Assembly: GCF_004010195.1 (NCBI RefSeq)
Contig: NC_057720.1
Location: forward strand, 8,424,164 to 8,488,163
From: Chiloscyllium plagiosum
Taxonomy: Eukaryota
Direction: 5' to 3'
DNA: 64,000 nucleotides
Notes under the pieces: generated by a model
The model's database searches: none
What the model saw: the letters and a program-made list of their open reading frames with translations, nothing else
What the model was told of the DNA's origin: nothing
Shown: positions 12,929-25,225 of the stretch, piece by piece
Layout of the letters: each line of letters starts with the position of its first letter
Position numbering within the stretch: the stretch's first letter is position 1
Program-made: the position numbers and the translations under genes

Positions 12929-13079
12929 TTCAGAAAGGAAGAATTATTTTCTTTTGCACAACAATGGGGCAGAGTGACAATCTATGTGAGATTACCGGCT
13001 TGTCTCTGGCATAGAGGAATCCGAAGATTTACCACCTTTTGTTAAAGGAATTCCTCCTCATGTGGGCTCCAATATGATT

Positions 13080-14090
13080 AAACTTCCCTGAGATTAAAAG
13101 CTTACATAGGTGAAGCTTGGGTTGTTAAGGAGATCTGGAGGTGGGGGAGGAGGGGTGATTTAGGGGGGTGGGAGGTTTGGTGTACAGGATTATGACAAGT
13201 GTACCTTAAAAGAACAAATCCCTATTGGCTGATAGTACAAGGACTAGGAGGCGCAGATTTAAGGCTTTGAGTCAGGGGAAATAGCTTCACCCTATTTACT
13301 CTATCCAGTCTGCTCATGATTTTGAAAACCTCAGGAGATCTCTTCTTAACCTCCTTGTCTTCACGGAGAACACTCCCAAAGTTTTCAATCCATCCTCAAA
13401 GTTTCTCATTCCTGGAACCATTCTGGTAGATCGTTTCTGCATTCTTTCCAACGCATTCACATCTTTCCTATAAAGTGGCATCCACAACTGTGCACAATAC
13501 TCCAGCTGAGGCCTAACAAATGCCTTCTTCCTCTTGTACTCTATGTCCTGTTAATAAAGCTGAGAATACTTAATTAACTGCACTCTCCATCTTCAAATGA
13601 TCTGTGTGCGTATGTACATGTTTATATCTTTGTTTCCTTTCCTTCTTTTGCATGTTAAACTTGTGCTCTGTCATTAAAGAACATCAGTAGGCTCGTCTGA
13701 ATATGTTTCTTGCTTCAGTTTCAGAAGTCAGAACAAGATCCATTCCTGAAGGGCACTAGTTAATTTTTTTTAATGCCACTCTTTCAACCTTCATGGTTAC
13801 TTTCCTCATGTGAGCTCACAGAAAGAGAGATTCATAACTTGCGACTGTGAGTTTTGATCTCAATGATTATGGACTAGAAGATGGGGTGAGGAGCATTCCT
13901 CATTCCTGAAAAAGGGCTCCGGCCTGAAACATCAATTTTCCTGCTCCTCGGATACTGCCTGACCTGCTGTGCTTTTCCAGCAACATACTCTCAATACTGA
14001 GGAGCTCATCAGCCATGATCAAATGGCGGAGCAGACTCGATGGGCCGAAAGGTCTAATTCTGCTCCTGTATCTCATGAACTTATGAACAA
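13080..14090. mobile_element. Mosaic of old CR1 3' fragments plus a PLE-tail insert (~13898-13997, +)
   Basis: CR1-like segments at ~13080-13270 (+), ~13280-13600 (-) and ~13870-14085 (+); cctgaaaaagggctccggcctgaaacatcaattttcctgctcctcggatactgcctgacc is a decayed family A PLE tail. Confidence 0.6.
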
Positions 14091-14119
14091 AGCAGTATAA
14101 CAACTAGAAGGATGAATTG

Positions 14120-14250
14120 ATTCTGAGAAAAGGACTCAAAACGTTAATTCTGTTTCACTCTCCACAGATGCTGCCAGACCTGCTGCATTTCTCCAGCAAT
14201 TTCTGTTTCGGTTTCTGATCTTCCGCATCTACAGTCCACTATTTTGTTTC
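14120..14250 (+). mobile_element. Decayed PLE-type tail (older family)
   Basis: aaacgttaattctgtttcactctccacagatgctgccagacctgctg...cagcaatttctgtt; the same motif recurs at ~10815-10915, 23345-23460, 31610-31790 and 63300-63430. Confidence 0.6.
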
Positions 14251-14844
14251 ACCATAACTACTAGGTCACTGTAGTGATGTTATATCTATGCAAAAGTCTT
14301 TTAAGTGTTATTAAAAGAGATAATAACATAACAGATCAGGATATGACTTTACAATTTGCAAAAATCAAGCATTGTGATAACCTGTCTGCCAAAAGAAAAA
14401 ACGACTAATTTCTCCAGAGCTTCCATCTGGCAGTTTGCAAAGAGTCCCGAAGTTCCACTGGACTCTCTGGAACACTTAAAACTTTGTTACGAGGCATTAA
14501 AAATTAGCTAGAGTTTTGTAGGAAAACAATTAGAATTCCCCTGTGGATAATTCCTGCCAAGATATGTAGGATGCAATATAAGTCACGTCTTCCAAAAGTA
14601 CATGACCTTCAATAAATACTGACCTAAGGCTGTTAGATGCAGAATAAATGCTGCTTTAAATTTGTCACATTAAATATACTGACAGTCTTGCTGCTTCATT
14701 CCTTCCAAAACTTCACTGTTATGCAGTTCAGCAAAAAAAAACTATGCCATGCAAGATATAATACATTAGTCTGGTGAAGATTTCTACATTCTGTCAATTT
14801 TACCTCCTGCACGTCCTGAATTTCCCTTGTTTCACCATGTCATG

Positions 14845-16705
14845 ACTTTTAATGCTAAAGGAATAGAGTGTAGAATTAGGGAAGTGTTGTTGCAAATGTA
14901 CAAGGCATTACTGAGACTGCATCTGGAGTATTGCATACTATCTTGGTCCCTTTCCTTGAAGAAGGATATAATTTCATTGGGGGCTGTTCAGAGGAGGTTT
15001 ACCAGATTGGTTCTAGGGTTGAGGGGTTTATCTCATGAAGAGAGATTCAGTAATTTTGATTGATAGTCTCTGAGGTTCAGAAGAATGAGCTAATTGAGGT
15101 AAATGAGATTCTGAAGGGAATTGACAAAGTACATAGAGAAAGGATGTTACCTCATGTGGGGCATTATGAAATGAGAGATCATCATTTTCGGATTAGGGTA
15201 GCAGATTTGAAACAGAGATGGGGAGGGATTCCTTCTCTCAAAGGATTGTGAATCATCGAATCCCTGCAGTGTGAATACAGGCCATTCAGCCCAACAAGTC
15301 CACACCAACCCTCCGAAGATTAACCCACCCAGGCCCATTCCCTCTACCCTATTTTTACCTCTGCCTAATGCACCTAACCTACACATCTGTGAAATTCACT
15401 AGCCCAGAGTGCAGGTGATACTGGAAAATTGAGTACATTTAAGGACACTTTTTAAAAAATTAATAATGTATTGAAGGGTCATGGAGAACAGGTAGGAAAG
15501 TGGAGTTGAGACCAATTTGAGATCCATCATGATCACATGAAATGGCAAAGCAGGCTTGAGGGGCAGGAATGCCTCATTCTGCTCCTAGCTCTTATGCTTT
15601 TGTGCATGGATTTATAAATAAAGGCACAGAGTATAAGAGCAAGGAAGTGAAGCATGAAAGGGTTCAGAAAAGATTTGCAAGGATGTTGCCAGGGTTGGAA
15701 AGTTTGAGCTACAGGGAGAGGCTGAATAGGTTGGGGCTGTTTCCTCTCAAGTGTTGGAGGCTGAGGAGTGACCTTAAAGAGGTTTATAAAATCATGAGGG
15801 GCATGGATAAAGTAAATAGACAAGGTCTTTTCCCTGGGATCGGGGAGTCCAGAACTAGAGGGCATAGATTTAGGGTGAGATGGGAAAGATTTAAAAGGGA
15901 CCTAAGGGACAACTTTTTCACACAGAAGGTGGTGCGTGTATGGAATGAGCTGCCAGAGGAAGTGGTGGAGGCTGATGCAAATAATTTACAACTAGATGGG
16001 TTTATGAATAGGAAAGGTTTGAAGGGATATGGGCTAAATGCTGGCAAATGGGACGAGATTAATTTAGGATATCTGGTTGGCATGGATGAGTTGGACCGAA
16101 GGCTCAGTTTCCATGCTGTACATCTCTGTGACTGCATGATTATGACTCTTAGTGTTGCTACACCTCAACAAATCATTAGCCAGACCACATTTGGAGTATT
16201 GTGTTCAGTTCTGGGCACCTTAGTTAAGGAAGGATGTTAAAGCTATCAGGGAGAGGGCAAAGGAGATTTATTAGAATGACACCAGGAATGATGGATTTTA
16301 GATAGGTGAAAAGATTAGAGAAATTGGTCTTATTCATCTTGGAGTAGAGAAGATTATGAGGTGACCTTATTGAGTTGTTTAAAATTATGAACAATTTTGA
16401 CATGGTAAAGAAGGATATTCTGTTTCCATTACTTGGTAGATCAGTAACTAGGAGTCACAATTGTCAACAAAGGAAGTGAGATGAGGAGAAAACTCTTCAC
16501 TCAGAAAGTTGTTAGTACTTGGAATGTGCTGCCTGGGAGAGTGGTGGAGGCAGATTCCATGAGAGGTTTCAAAAGAGAACTGATATATATTTGAAGTTAG
16601 AGGGCTGTGGAGATAGCGCTGGACAATGGGTCTAGCTGGGTAATCTGTACAGACAAGATGGACCAAATTGTCCTTCTGTGCAGTAAAAGTTTATGATTCT
16701 ATCAT
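14845..16705 (+). mobile_element. Nested CR1 3' fragments (younger HER1-like copy at ~15650-16150 inside an older copy; HE1 3' piece at 15255-15388, -)
   Basis: ORFs 14827-15063 (LEYCILSWS..VQRRFTR) and 15569-16240 (ERVQKRFARMLPGLESLSYRERL...VRVWNELPEEVVEA). Confidence 0.9.
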
Positions 16706-16827
16706 CAGCATCCTCATAACACTGGAATCCAGAACACTTCACTCTCCCATCTTCCTCTCCATCTTTACGACACTTCTTAAATCATACCTCTTTGACCTAA
16801 CTCATAGTTACCTGCCCTATTATCTAT

Positions 16828-17144
16828 TTTAGATTAGATTCCCTACAGTGTGGAAACAGGTCCTTTGGCCCAACAAGTCCACACTGACCCTCCGAAGAGT
16901 AACCCACCCAGTCCCATTTCACTCTGGCTAATGCACCTAACACTATGGGCAATTTAGCATGGCCAATTCACCTGGCCTGCACATCTTTGGACCTGTGGGA
17001 GGAAACCGGAGCACCTGGAGGAAACCCACACAGTCACGGGGAGAATGTGCAAACTCCACACAGACAGTTGCCCGAGGCTGGAATCAAACGTGGGACCCTG
17101 GTGCTGTGAGGCAGCAGTGCTAACCACTGAGCCACGTGCCACCC
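16828..17144 (-). mobile_element. HE1 SINE (full length) inserted in an L2-like 3' remnant (~16715-17250, +)
   Basis: A/B boxes, V-domain and tail as in other copies; flanks read cacttcttaaatcatacctctttgacc...aagcactttataaaataagttattgttg, an L2-type end. Confidence 0.85.
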
Positions 17145-17419
17145 TACTTCTCTTTCTTTGTGTTGAATTTTATTTGATTGCGCATCATGAAGGATCTTGG
17201 GGAGTTTTTTGTGTCAGAAGCACTTTATAAAATAAGTTATTGTTGAAGTCCTGGAATTCCAAGTTGCATCCAGGCAAAAAACAAAGAGATGAATTAGAGC
17301 ATATTTACTACGGCAGAAGGAAATCTGGACAGACCAGCAATTGAGCTGCTTTCATGTTAATCTACAAATAATCCTCCTCACCTATAGATAACTGTTCTTG
17401 ACCTCAGCATATAATAAAA

Positions 17420-17655
17420 TGTAGAGCAGAGGTAGTGTCCTTTTTTCTGGGCCAGAAGATCTGTGTTCAAGTTCCACTTGCCCCAGATGTATGTTGTACT
17501 ACATGTAAACAGGTTGATTAAAAATATCGCGAATGAAATCTCGAGGGCTCCTGCACCACTGTGGTATTTTCCTTATGTCCCAGCCGGAAGGTCTGTCTTC
17601 AAATCCCGTCTGCCTCAAACTTATCTCTGAAAGAGTTGGTTAAAAATATCGAAAA
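17420..17655 (+). mobile_element. Two tandem copies of a short (~110-120 bp) tRNA-derived SINE
   Basis: Each has ggtag/ggtat...gttcaagt/cttcaaatccc...aacaggttgattaaaaata; further copies at ~18420-18590, 18972-19095, 29840-29970 and 59405-59515. Confidence 0.6.
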
Positions 17656-18012
17656 TATTTTTAGAAGGCAGCTCACTGCCATCTTCTCAATGGCACTTCA
17701 GGATGGGCAGTGAATGTTGACTCAGCAATGTCTATGTTCCATGAATGATGAAACAAAAACATGCATGTCAGACAGTCCAGACCCACCCTCCCATCCTGGC
17801 ACTTTCCCCTGTCACCGAAGGAACTGTAAAACCTGCGCCCACACCTCCTCCCTCACCTCTATCCAAGGCCCTAAAGGAGCCTTCCACATCCATCAAAGTT
17901 TTACCTGCACATCCACTAATATCATTTATTGTATCCGTTGCTCCCAATGCAGTCTCCTCTACATTGGGGAGACTGGGCGCCTCCTAGCAGAGCGCTTTAG
18001 AGAACATCTCCG

Positions 18013-18078
18013 NNNNNNNNNNNNNNNNNNNNNNNNNNNNNNNNNNNNNNNNNNNNNNNNNNNNNNNNNNNNNNNNNN
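18013..18078. other. Assembly gap (66 N) inside the PLE
   Basis: Run of n characters. Confidence 1.
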
Positions 18079-18288
18079 AGTTTCAAACTTCCAGCCCGCA
18101 CTGTCCCCTTGACCTGTCTGGACTTGTCCGACCTGCCTAGCTCCTTTTCCACCTATCCACTTCACCCTCTCCTCCCTGACCTATCACCTTCATCTCCTCC
18201 CCCACTCACCTTTTGTACTCTATGCTACTTTCTCCCCACCCCCACCCTTCTCCAGCTTATCTCTCCATGCTTCAGGCTCTCTGCCTTT

Positions 18289-18324
18289 ATTCCTGATGAA
18301 GGGCTTTTGCCCGAAACGTCGATT
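18289..18324 (+). ncRNA. Minimal type I hammerhead ribozyme motif (PLE family A)
   Basis: attc-CTGATGA-a-gggc(tttt)gccc-GAAA-cGTC-gatt; loopless ACGU palindromic helix III; predicted cleavage after C18320. Confidence 0.75.
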
Positions 18325-18586
18325 TTGCTGCTCGTCGGATGCTGCCTGAGTTGCTGTGCTCTTCCAGCACCACTAATCCAGAATCTGGTTTCCAGCATCT
18401 GCAGTCATTGTTTTTACCCAGTCCAGATTTAAGTCCCACTTAGTCCAGAGTTGTGTCTGAACAGGTTGATTAAAGTGATATTCTTGGTTCTTATGATGCA
18501 GTGTTAGTTCCCCCACTCCTGAGCGAGGAGGTCTGAGTACACATCTCAACCAGCTCTGCAGATATGCCATAGTAAATTGGAACAAG

Positions 18587-18815
18587 GTCATGGAGTCATA
18601 AAGCGCAGAAACAGACCCTTCGGTCCAACCAGTCCATGCCGAGCATAATCCCAAACCAAGCTAGTCCCACCTGCCTGTTCCTGGCCTATATCCGTCCAAA
18701 CCTTTCCTACTCATATACTTATCCAAATGTCTTTTAAATTTTGTAACTGTGCCCACATCCAACACTTCCTCAGGAAGTTCATTCCACACGCGAACCACCC
18801 TCTGTGTAAAAGATC
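18587..18815 (-). mobile_element. CR1 3' tail
   Basis: Reverse strand VVRVWNELPEEVLDVGTVTKFKRHLDKYM plus gggtctgtttctgcgctt tail. Confidence 0.85.
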
Positions 18816-19559
18816 TTAAACCCGTAGGTGATTGAAAATACTTTAATGCAGCTCTTTCTTTTGTCTTGTTCTCAGACAGCGGATCATTTGAAATGTGATA
18901 ACAAGCTTATGGTCTTCTTCTTCAACATGTAAGGAACATGGCCCCCAAGCTCACTATTCAATCTGTGTAAAGGGGTCCTCTTGTGGCACAGTGTTAGCAT
19001 TTCTCTCCTCCTCGGAAACCAAATAACCTGAGTTCAAATTCCGCTCCTGCTCCAGAGGTGTGCTATCACCGCTCTGAATAGGTTAATTAGGAAAAGTAGA
19101 TCTAGAATAAATGAAAGACCCATTGATGTGCTGTTCACCAGCTCAAGGAATAATGGCAGCTCACAGGCATGCAAATGAACAACTAAAGCAGAATGAATAA
19201 TGGTTTTGTTTCATTGAAGGTGATGCCAAAAACAAAACAAATTATCTTTGCAAAGTCCTTAAATTATAAACAGAGCCACAACATTGCAGGGAGCTCAGGA
19301 AACTCACATTCAACTAATTTGCTTGTAATTCACACAAGGACCGTTGAACACTGATTATAGTCTAACCACAAATTTTTTAGCTAGTTTACACCATTATTTA
19401 CAACAAATAGCTATTAGTATGGAAATTGATTTTACTAATAGACAATTTTACTAAAAGGCAATTTTCTGCAGTTAAGCTAAACATAGCCATTGCAAAAAAG
19501 GCTCTGTTTTATTGAGAGAATGCAGTCCTGAGGAACACTTAAAGGGTAAAGGGCCCCCT

Positions 19560-20030
19560 GCTGATATGGGGAGCAGAATTAGACCATTCAGCGTATCGTT
19601 GCCTGGTCTGATTTCGATGAAATTATGACTGACCTGATAATTCTCAAATCCACTTTACTGCATTATTTCCATAATCCTTTGATTCCCTTACTGATTAAAA
19701 ATCTATCAATCTCAGCCTTGAATACACTTGATGACTCAGTCTGAGGGACGCCTTGTTCTGAAATTATAACCTCTGGTCCTAGACTCTACAACTAGGGGAA
19801 ACACCTCTTTGTCTTACCCTATCAAACTCCTCCCAAGAATCTGATATGTTTCGTTAAGGCCACCTCTCGTTCTCCTCAGCTCCAGTGAGCACTAGCCCAA
19901 TCTACTCAACCTTTTCTCCTGTGGATCCCCAAAAATATCTCCAAACTCAGGATCAACCTCAAGAACATTCTCTGGAACTGTCTCCAATGTCTTTGACTGG
20001 AGGCCAAAACTGTTCACTATATTCTGATAT
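19560..20030 (-). mobile_element. Old CR1 3' fragment
   Basis: Similar to 8985-9600 (gagcagaattagaccattcagc...ggtcctagactc...ggccaaaactg). Confidence 0.7.
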
Positions 20031-20035
20031 ATAAA

Positions 20036-20160
20036 GTTACAGTCCAACAGGTTTATTTAAAATCACAAGCTTTCGAAGCGCTGCTCCTTCATCAGGTGAA
20101 GCTTGTGATTTCAGATAAACCTGTTGGGTTACAACTGGTGTCGTCTGACTTCTGACTTCG
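20036..20160 (-). mobile_element. PLE-tail fold-back insertion (family B) with hammerhead core at ~20061-20100
   Basis: Reverse strand tcac-CTGATGA-a-ggagc(agc)gcttc-GAAA-gCTT-gtga; inverted arms ccaacaggtttatttaaaatcacaagct / agcttgtgatttcagataaacctgttgg. Confidence 0.75.
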
Positions 20161-20164
20161 TAGG

Positions 20165-20375
20165 AATAGATAGGGAAAAGAGGGCTGGCTGATTGACCAA
20201 CGAGGTTGTGGCCTCTACCTGTCTTCACCTATCCCCACTTCACCACCCTGCTCCTTTACCTACAGCTCACCCCGCACCCCACCCCTCGTCCTGAAGAAGG
20301 GTTACACCCAAATTTTTGACTTCTCCCCCTCCTGATGGCTTGCTGCATTCTTCCAGCCTCCTGCCTGTGTAGATT
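20165..20375 (+). mobile_element. Decayed PLE 3' region (another family)
   Basis: C-rich stretch then gtcctgaagaagggttacacccaaat (GAAA box lost)...tgctgcattcttccagcctcctgcctg; similar tail at 56224-56314. Confidence 0.55.
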
Positions 20376-20616
20376 TAAGCTAATTAGCGGAAGAGCCAGA
20401 GATCAGATTAATTCTTTTGTTTTTGTAAATTGTTGGGATCTGCAATGCCGGATGTATATTCAAAATAAAATTAAATGAATACTTGAAAAGGTAAACATTG
20501 CAGAATAATGGTGAATGAGACAGGGAGGTGGTGTCAATTAGATCGCTCTTTCAAAGCACAATGGGCCATATACACGTCCTCAGTGTTTATGATTCTACAA
20601 TCTACCTACAGATTAG

Positions 20617-20865
20617 GACAGTGCGATAGCTAGCACTGCTGCCTCACAGTGCCAGGGACCCGGGTTCAGTTCTAGCCCTGGGCACCTCTCTGTGTGGCAT
20701 TTGCACATTCTCCCTGTGTCTATTTGGGTTTACTGCACAATCTAAAGATACACAGATTAGGTAGATTCGCCATGGGAAATACAGGATTGGGGTGGGATGA
20801 TCTTCGGAGGGTCATTGTGGACTCAGTGGACTGAATAGCTTGCTTCCACACTGTAGAGATTCCAT
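20617..20865 (+). mobile_element. HE1 SINE (decayed)
   Basis: tagcactgctgcctcacagtgccagggacccgggttc...tttgcacattctccctgtgtc...ttccacactgtagagattc. Confidence 0.85.
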
Positions 20866-21344
20866 AAATAGCTTTTACTGCACGAGGGGTGAACTGGTAG
20901 AGTGAATAATTTGCTCATTTGACAATTCATCTGACTTTCACCTTCACTGAAATCATAGCAATGGAAAAATTCAATGTGTTAATTAATGGTCTGAGCCCTA
21001 TTTACCACCCAAACATGAGTTAGCTCTCAAATGGCATATTCCAAAGTATTTTTGTGGGCATCACTCCATCAATAAAAAAGCTGAAAATATCTCATTCCTC
21101 TCACGTCGGGCCCAATAATTAAATTCAAGAAGTTGGAACATCTTGGTGCCAAAAACTAAACAAGTAAGTTGCAGAATAATACAATTCATTATATTAAGGA
21201 ACACTTTGATCACTGTAAAGCAATTACTGATTACAACAGCATAAGAGATCCATGAGTAAACATTTACAACTCTGTATCTAACGTATCTTTTTTAAATACA
21301 AGGCATCACTGATGTTATAGATGCAAACCTTTCTCTCTCTCCAG

Positions 21345-21830
21345 AGTTCAGAAAAGATTTACAAGGATGTTGCCAGGGTTGGAGGATTTGAGCTATAGGG
21401 AGAGGCTAAACAGGTTGGAGCTGTTTTCCCTGGAGCGTGGGAGGCTGAGGGGTGACCTTACAAGATGTTTACAATATTATGAGGGGCACGGATAGGATAA
21501 ATAGACAAAGTCTTTTCCCTGGGGTCAGGGAGTCCAGAAGTAGAGGGCATAGGTTTAGGGTGAGAGGAGAAAGATATAAAAGAGACCTAAGGGGCAACGT
21601 TTTCATGCAGAGGGTGGTACGTGTATGGAATGAGCTGTCAGAGGATGTGGTGGAGGCTGGTACAATTGCAACATTTAAGAGGCATTTGGATGGGTATATG
21701 AATAGGAAGGGTTTGGAGGGATATGGGTCGGGTGCTGGCAGGTTGGACTAGATTGAGTTGGGATAGCTGGTCGGCTTGGACAGGTTGGACCGAAGTGTCT
21801 GTTTCCATGCTGTACATCTCTATGACTATG
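21345..21830 (+). mobile_element. HER1/CR1 3' fragment
   Basis: ORF 21452-21751 ESRSRGHRFRVRGERYKRDLRGNVFMQRVVRVWNEL; tail ctctatgactatga. Confidence 0.92.
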
Positions 21831-22687
21831 AAATATAGATAATAATATTAAGCTCAAGTCTAAAATTTGTAGCTGGTCCCTGATTAACTCAGACTAGCAC
21901 AGGCATTTATAAGCAAGTTCGAATAAAAGAAAGAATGAAAGCATGAAATGATATTAAATTAAAAAAAAGGTATTCACATTGATAAATCATACTTCACAAC
22001 CTCAAAAACTCCCAAAGTGCTTCATCTTGTCTCACTATTGGTATGCCAGTGTACCATTAAAAGATGTGCTTATGATACCAACTGTATCATTGCAAATGAT
22101 CTGAGGCATTTAAGGTCCCATTCTCATCTTACCCCAGGAACACTTGATTGCATGCTACTGAAAGTACACTGTCTTTGTAATCTCATACCTTAATACTAAC
22201 CCAAACACTATCTGTGAGTGCATTTTTTTTTGTGTACAATAGTTAGGTGCAAAAAAAAAACCATCAGTTGGATTCTTCAACACCACAATATCCACACTGA
22301 CTTTTTTAGGTAATGAGCGAGAACATTAACAGTGCTGTACCAAACAAAATTACCCGCTGGAGGCAATACCACATCACAGCCAAAAAGTAATTCTGAAGTG
22401 TGGAGTAAGAAAGTTTTCCCATGTATATCTCGCAAGCAAACAGTCTTGTATTGGAAAGTCAGAGTCTCTTTCTGTTCATTGTCAGAGTACCTGAGAAGCA
22501 GGTATAGGTGTGTCAGCTGAGGCTTGATTAGGGGAGACTAAACATCCAATGCTTACAGGATAGCCAGAGCATGTTAGATATGTATTTACTCCACATTAGT
22601 GCTCACGAAGTATAACCCAGTTATGATCATTTTGCCAGTTATAATTAGGGATTCCTATTTGTAAACAGCATCAGGCAGCATTTTTGA

Positions 22688-23003
22688 AATAGAATCCCAA
22701 CAGTGTGAAAACAGGTCCTTTGGCCCAACATGTCCACACCAACTCTGCGAAGAGTTACCCACCCAGGCCCATTCCCCGACCCAATATTTTTCTTGACTAA
22801 TGCACTTAACCTACACATCCCTGAACACAATGGGCAATTCAGCACGTCCAGCTCACCTAACCTGCACATCTTTGGACAGTGGGAGGAGACCCATGCGGAC
22901 ACGGGGAGAATGTGCAAACACCACACAGTCACCTGAGGCTAGAATTGAACCCAGGTCCCGGGTGCTGTGAGGCAGCACTGCTAACCACTGAGCCACCATG
23001 CCA
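22688..23003 (-). mobile_element. HE1 SINE
   Basis: A/B boxes, V-domain and tail on the reverse strand. Confidence 0.9.
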
Positions 23004-23637
23004 GCCTCCAATGTTTCCAGTACAAGCTTAATGACCACTGTGTCTTCACATATTTCCCTCAAACATATTTCTTGATTGCTCTTGGGCATTTCTTGCAGTT
23101 GTCATTTACTTGGGAATTTCTCTGAAGTTTTAGTGGAGGCTTAAACTTCCTGTAGTACATGTTCCTTTTGATTTATTCTTGGGTTGTGTATCATGCCAAT
23201 GTTTCTTTACCAATCCCAAGGCTTCCAGAGATGGAGGTAGTGGAGAACAATTTTCTTCTTTAACATCTGCATCAGGAACCAAATCAGAAAACTCAAAAGA
23301 GAGCTCATGTTTCTTTAGAACTGTACTTCAGTACTTGACTTTGGTGATTGGACTCAAAACTTTGCTTTCTCTCTCCACTGATGCTGCCACACCTGCTTAG
23401 TTTCTCCAGCCGTTTCGGTTTATGTTTCAGATCTCTAGTGCCCGCAGTTCTTTATTTTATGTTATCCACTGGGATTTATGACAAAGGATTGTCTTAACCC
23501 TACTTACCTCCCTTCCTATCTCCAGGATCAATATTACACCAGCCTCAAGCTCAAACAAATGACTTGCTTATCAATAGTTTTTACTCCCAACTTCCAGACA
23601 TGTGCGATACAAGTTGGCAGATTGTATTCCAGTAAGG

Positions 23638-23929
23638 ATTAATTAGATTAGATTCACTACAGTGTGGAAACAGGCCCTACAGCCCAACAAGTCCACACCG
23701 ACCCTCCGAAGAGCAACCCACCCAGACCCATTCCCCTCCATTTACCCCTGCATCTAACACTATGGGCAATTTAGCATGGCCAATTCACCTAACCTGCATA
23801 CACCCGGAGGAAACCCACGCAGACACGGGGAGAATGTGCAAACTCCACACAGACAGTCGCCCGTGGCTGGAATTGAACCCGGTCCCCAGCACTGTGAGGC
23901 AGCAGTGCTAACCACTGAGCCACCATGCC
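23638..23929 (-). mobile_element. HE1 SINE
   Basis: As above, with an (attag)n tail. Confidence 0.9.
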
Positions 23930-24467
23930 AGATTCCACAGCCTCAGTCAATTACACAATGGTTTGACCGCTTTATTGCAGTAATTTGAGCTTTTGTGCTT
24001 TGACCTTGCTGCTATGGTTTCCATATGAGAGAGCATCTGTACCCTGTCAATCTCCAGCCCAGCCAAATCAATGCCTTCGATGTGAGGAGGAAAGAATGCT
24101 CCCAAAGAGAAATGTTGCTGGTCTCTAATCTAATTTCTGGAAGGAACTTGCATCCAAGCATTAAATTGCTCAAAAGGGAGTTCGGAAAGGGAGTTTCTTA
24201 CCTGAGGCAGAGGTCGAATGTTACATTGAACAAAAATATTGTCCAAGAGATCTCCTGAGAACGTCAGAGAGGAATTCTTCAGATTTTATTTCCCTATATA
24301 TGTCGCAATTCTTTTCCTGTGTATTCTGACACATATGGCACATTACATGTCTGACATACCATCTGCTTTTGAAGAGGTTGTACAGTAAGGGGATCAAAGG
24401 TTATAGGGAGAAGGCAGGAGAATGGGGTTGACAAACATATCAGCCATCATTGAATAATGGCGCTGAT

Positions 24468-25225
24468 AGTGTGGTGGCTCAGTGGTTAGCACTGCTGCCT
24501 CATAGCACCAGGGACCCAGGCTCAATTCCATTCTCAGGCTACTCTCTGAGCGGAGTTTGCGCATTCTCCCTGTGTCTGTGGGGGTTTCCACACAGTCCAA
24601 AGATGTCCAAATTAGGTGTTTGGCCAAGCTAAATTACCAGGCATGTGCAGGGTGGATTAGTCATGAGAAATAGATTTACAAGGATGTTGCCAGGATTTGA
24701 GCTACATGGAGAGGCTGAATAGAGCATCGGAGGCTGAGGGGCAACCTCATCGAGATTTATAAAATCATGAGGAGCATGGATAGAATAAATAAACAAGGTC
24801 TTTTCCCTGGGTTGGGGAGTCCAGAACTAGAGGGCATAGGTTTAGGGTGAGAGGGGAAAGATATAAAAGGGATCTAAGGGGTAACTTTTTCACGTAGAGG
24901 GTGGTACGTGTATGGAATGAGCTGCCAGAGGGAGTGGTGGAGGCTGGTACAATTGCAACATTTAAAAGGCACCTGGATGGGTATATGAATAGGAAGGGTT
25001 TGGAGGGATATGGGCTGGGTGCTGGCAATTGAGACTAAAATAGATTGGGATATCGAGTTGGCCTGGGCAATTTGGACCAAAGGGTCTGTTTCCGTGCAGT
25101 ACCCCACCTCCGTGACTCTAAATGCAGGGTTACAGGGATGGGATGGGTGTTAATGAGATGCTCTTCGGAGAGTCAGTGTGGACTCTATGGGCTGAATAGC
25201 CAATTGCTGCAATGTTGGGATTCTA
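24468..25225 (+). mobile_element. HE1 SINE split by a CR1 3' insertion (~24672-25120, +)
   Basis: HE1 5' part ends at tcatgagaaat and resumes at aatgcagggttacagggat...; the insert encodes a CR1 C-terminus. Confidence 0.85.

Larger units (their letters stand above)
17782..18418 (+). mobile_element. Penelope-like element 3' fragment: GIY-YIG endonuclease region plus 3' tail with hammerhead ribozyme
   Basis: Translation PGTFPCHRRNCKTCAH...FTCTSTNIIYCIRCSQCSLLYIGETGRLLAERFREHL is a PLE GIY-YIG with a Cys-rich linker (Neptune-type); possible 9-bp TSD cagtccaga (17773-17781, 18419-18427). Confidence 0.9.

Noticed and set aside
15569..16240. 223-aa ORF as a host gene
   Set aside because: Chimeric read-through of nested CR1 3' fragments
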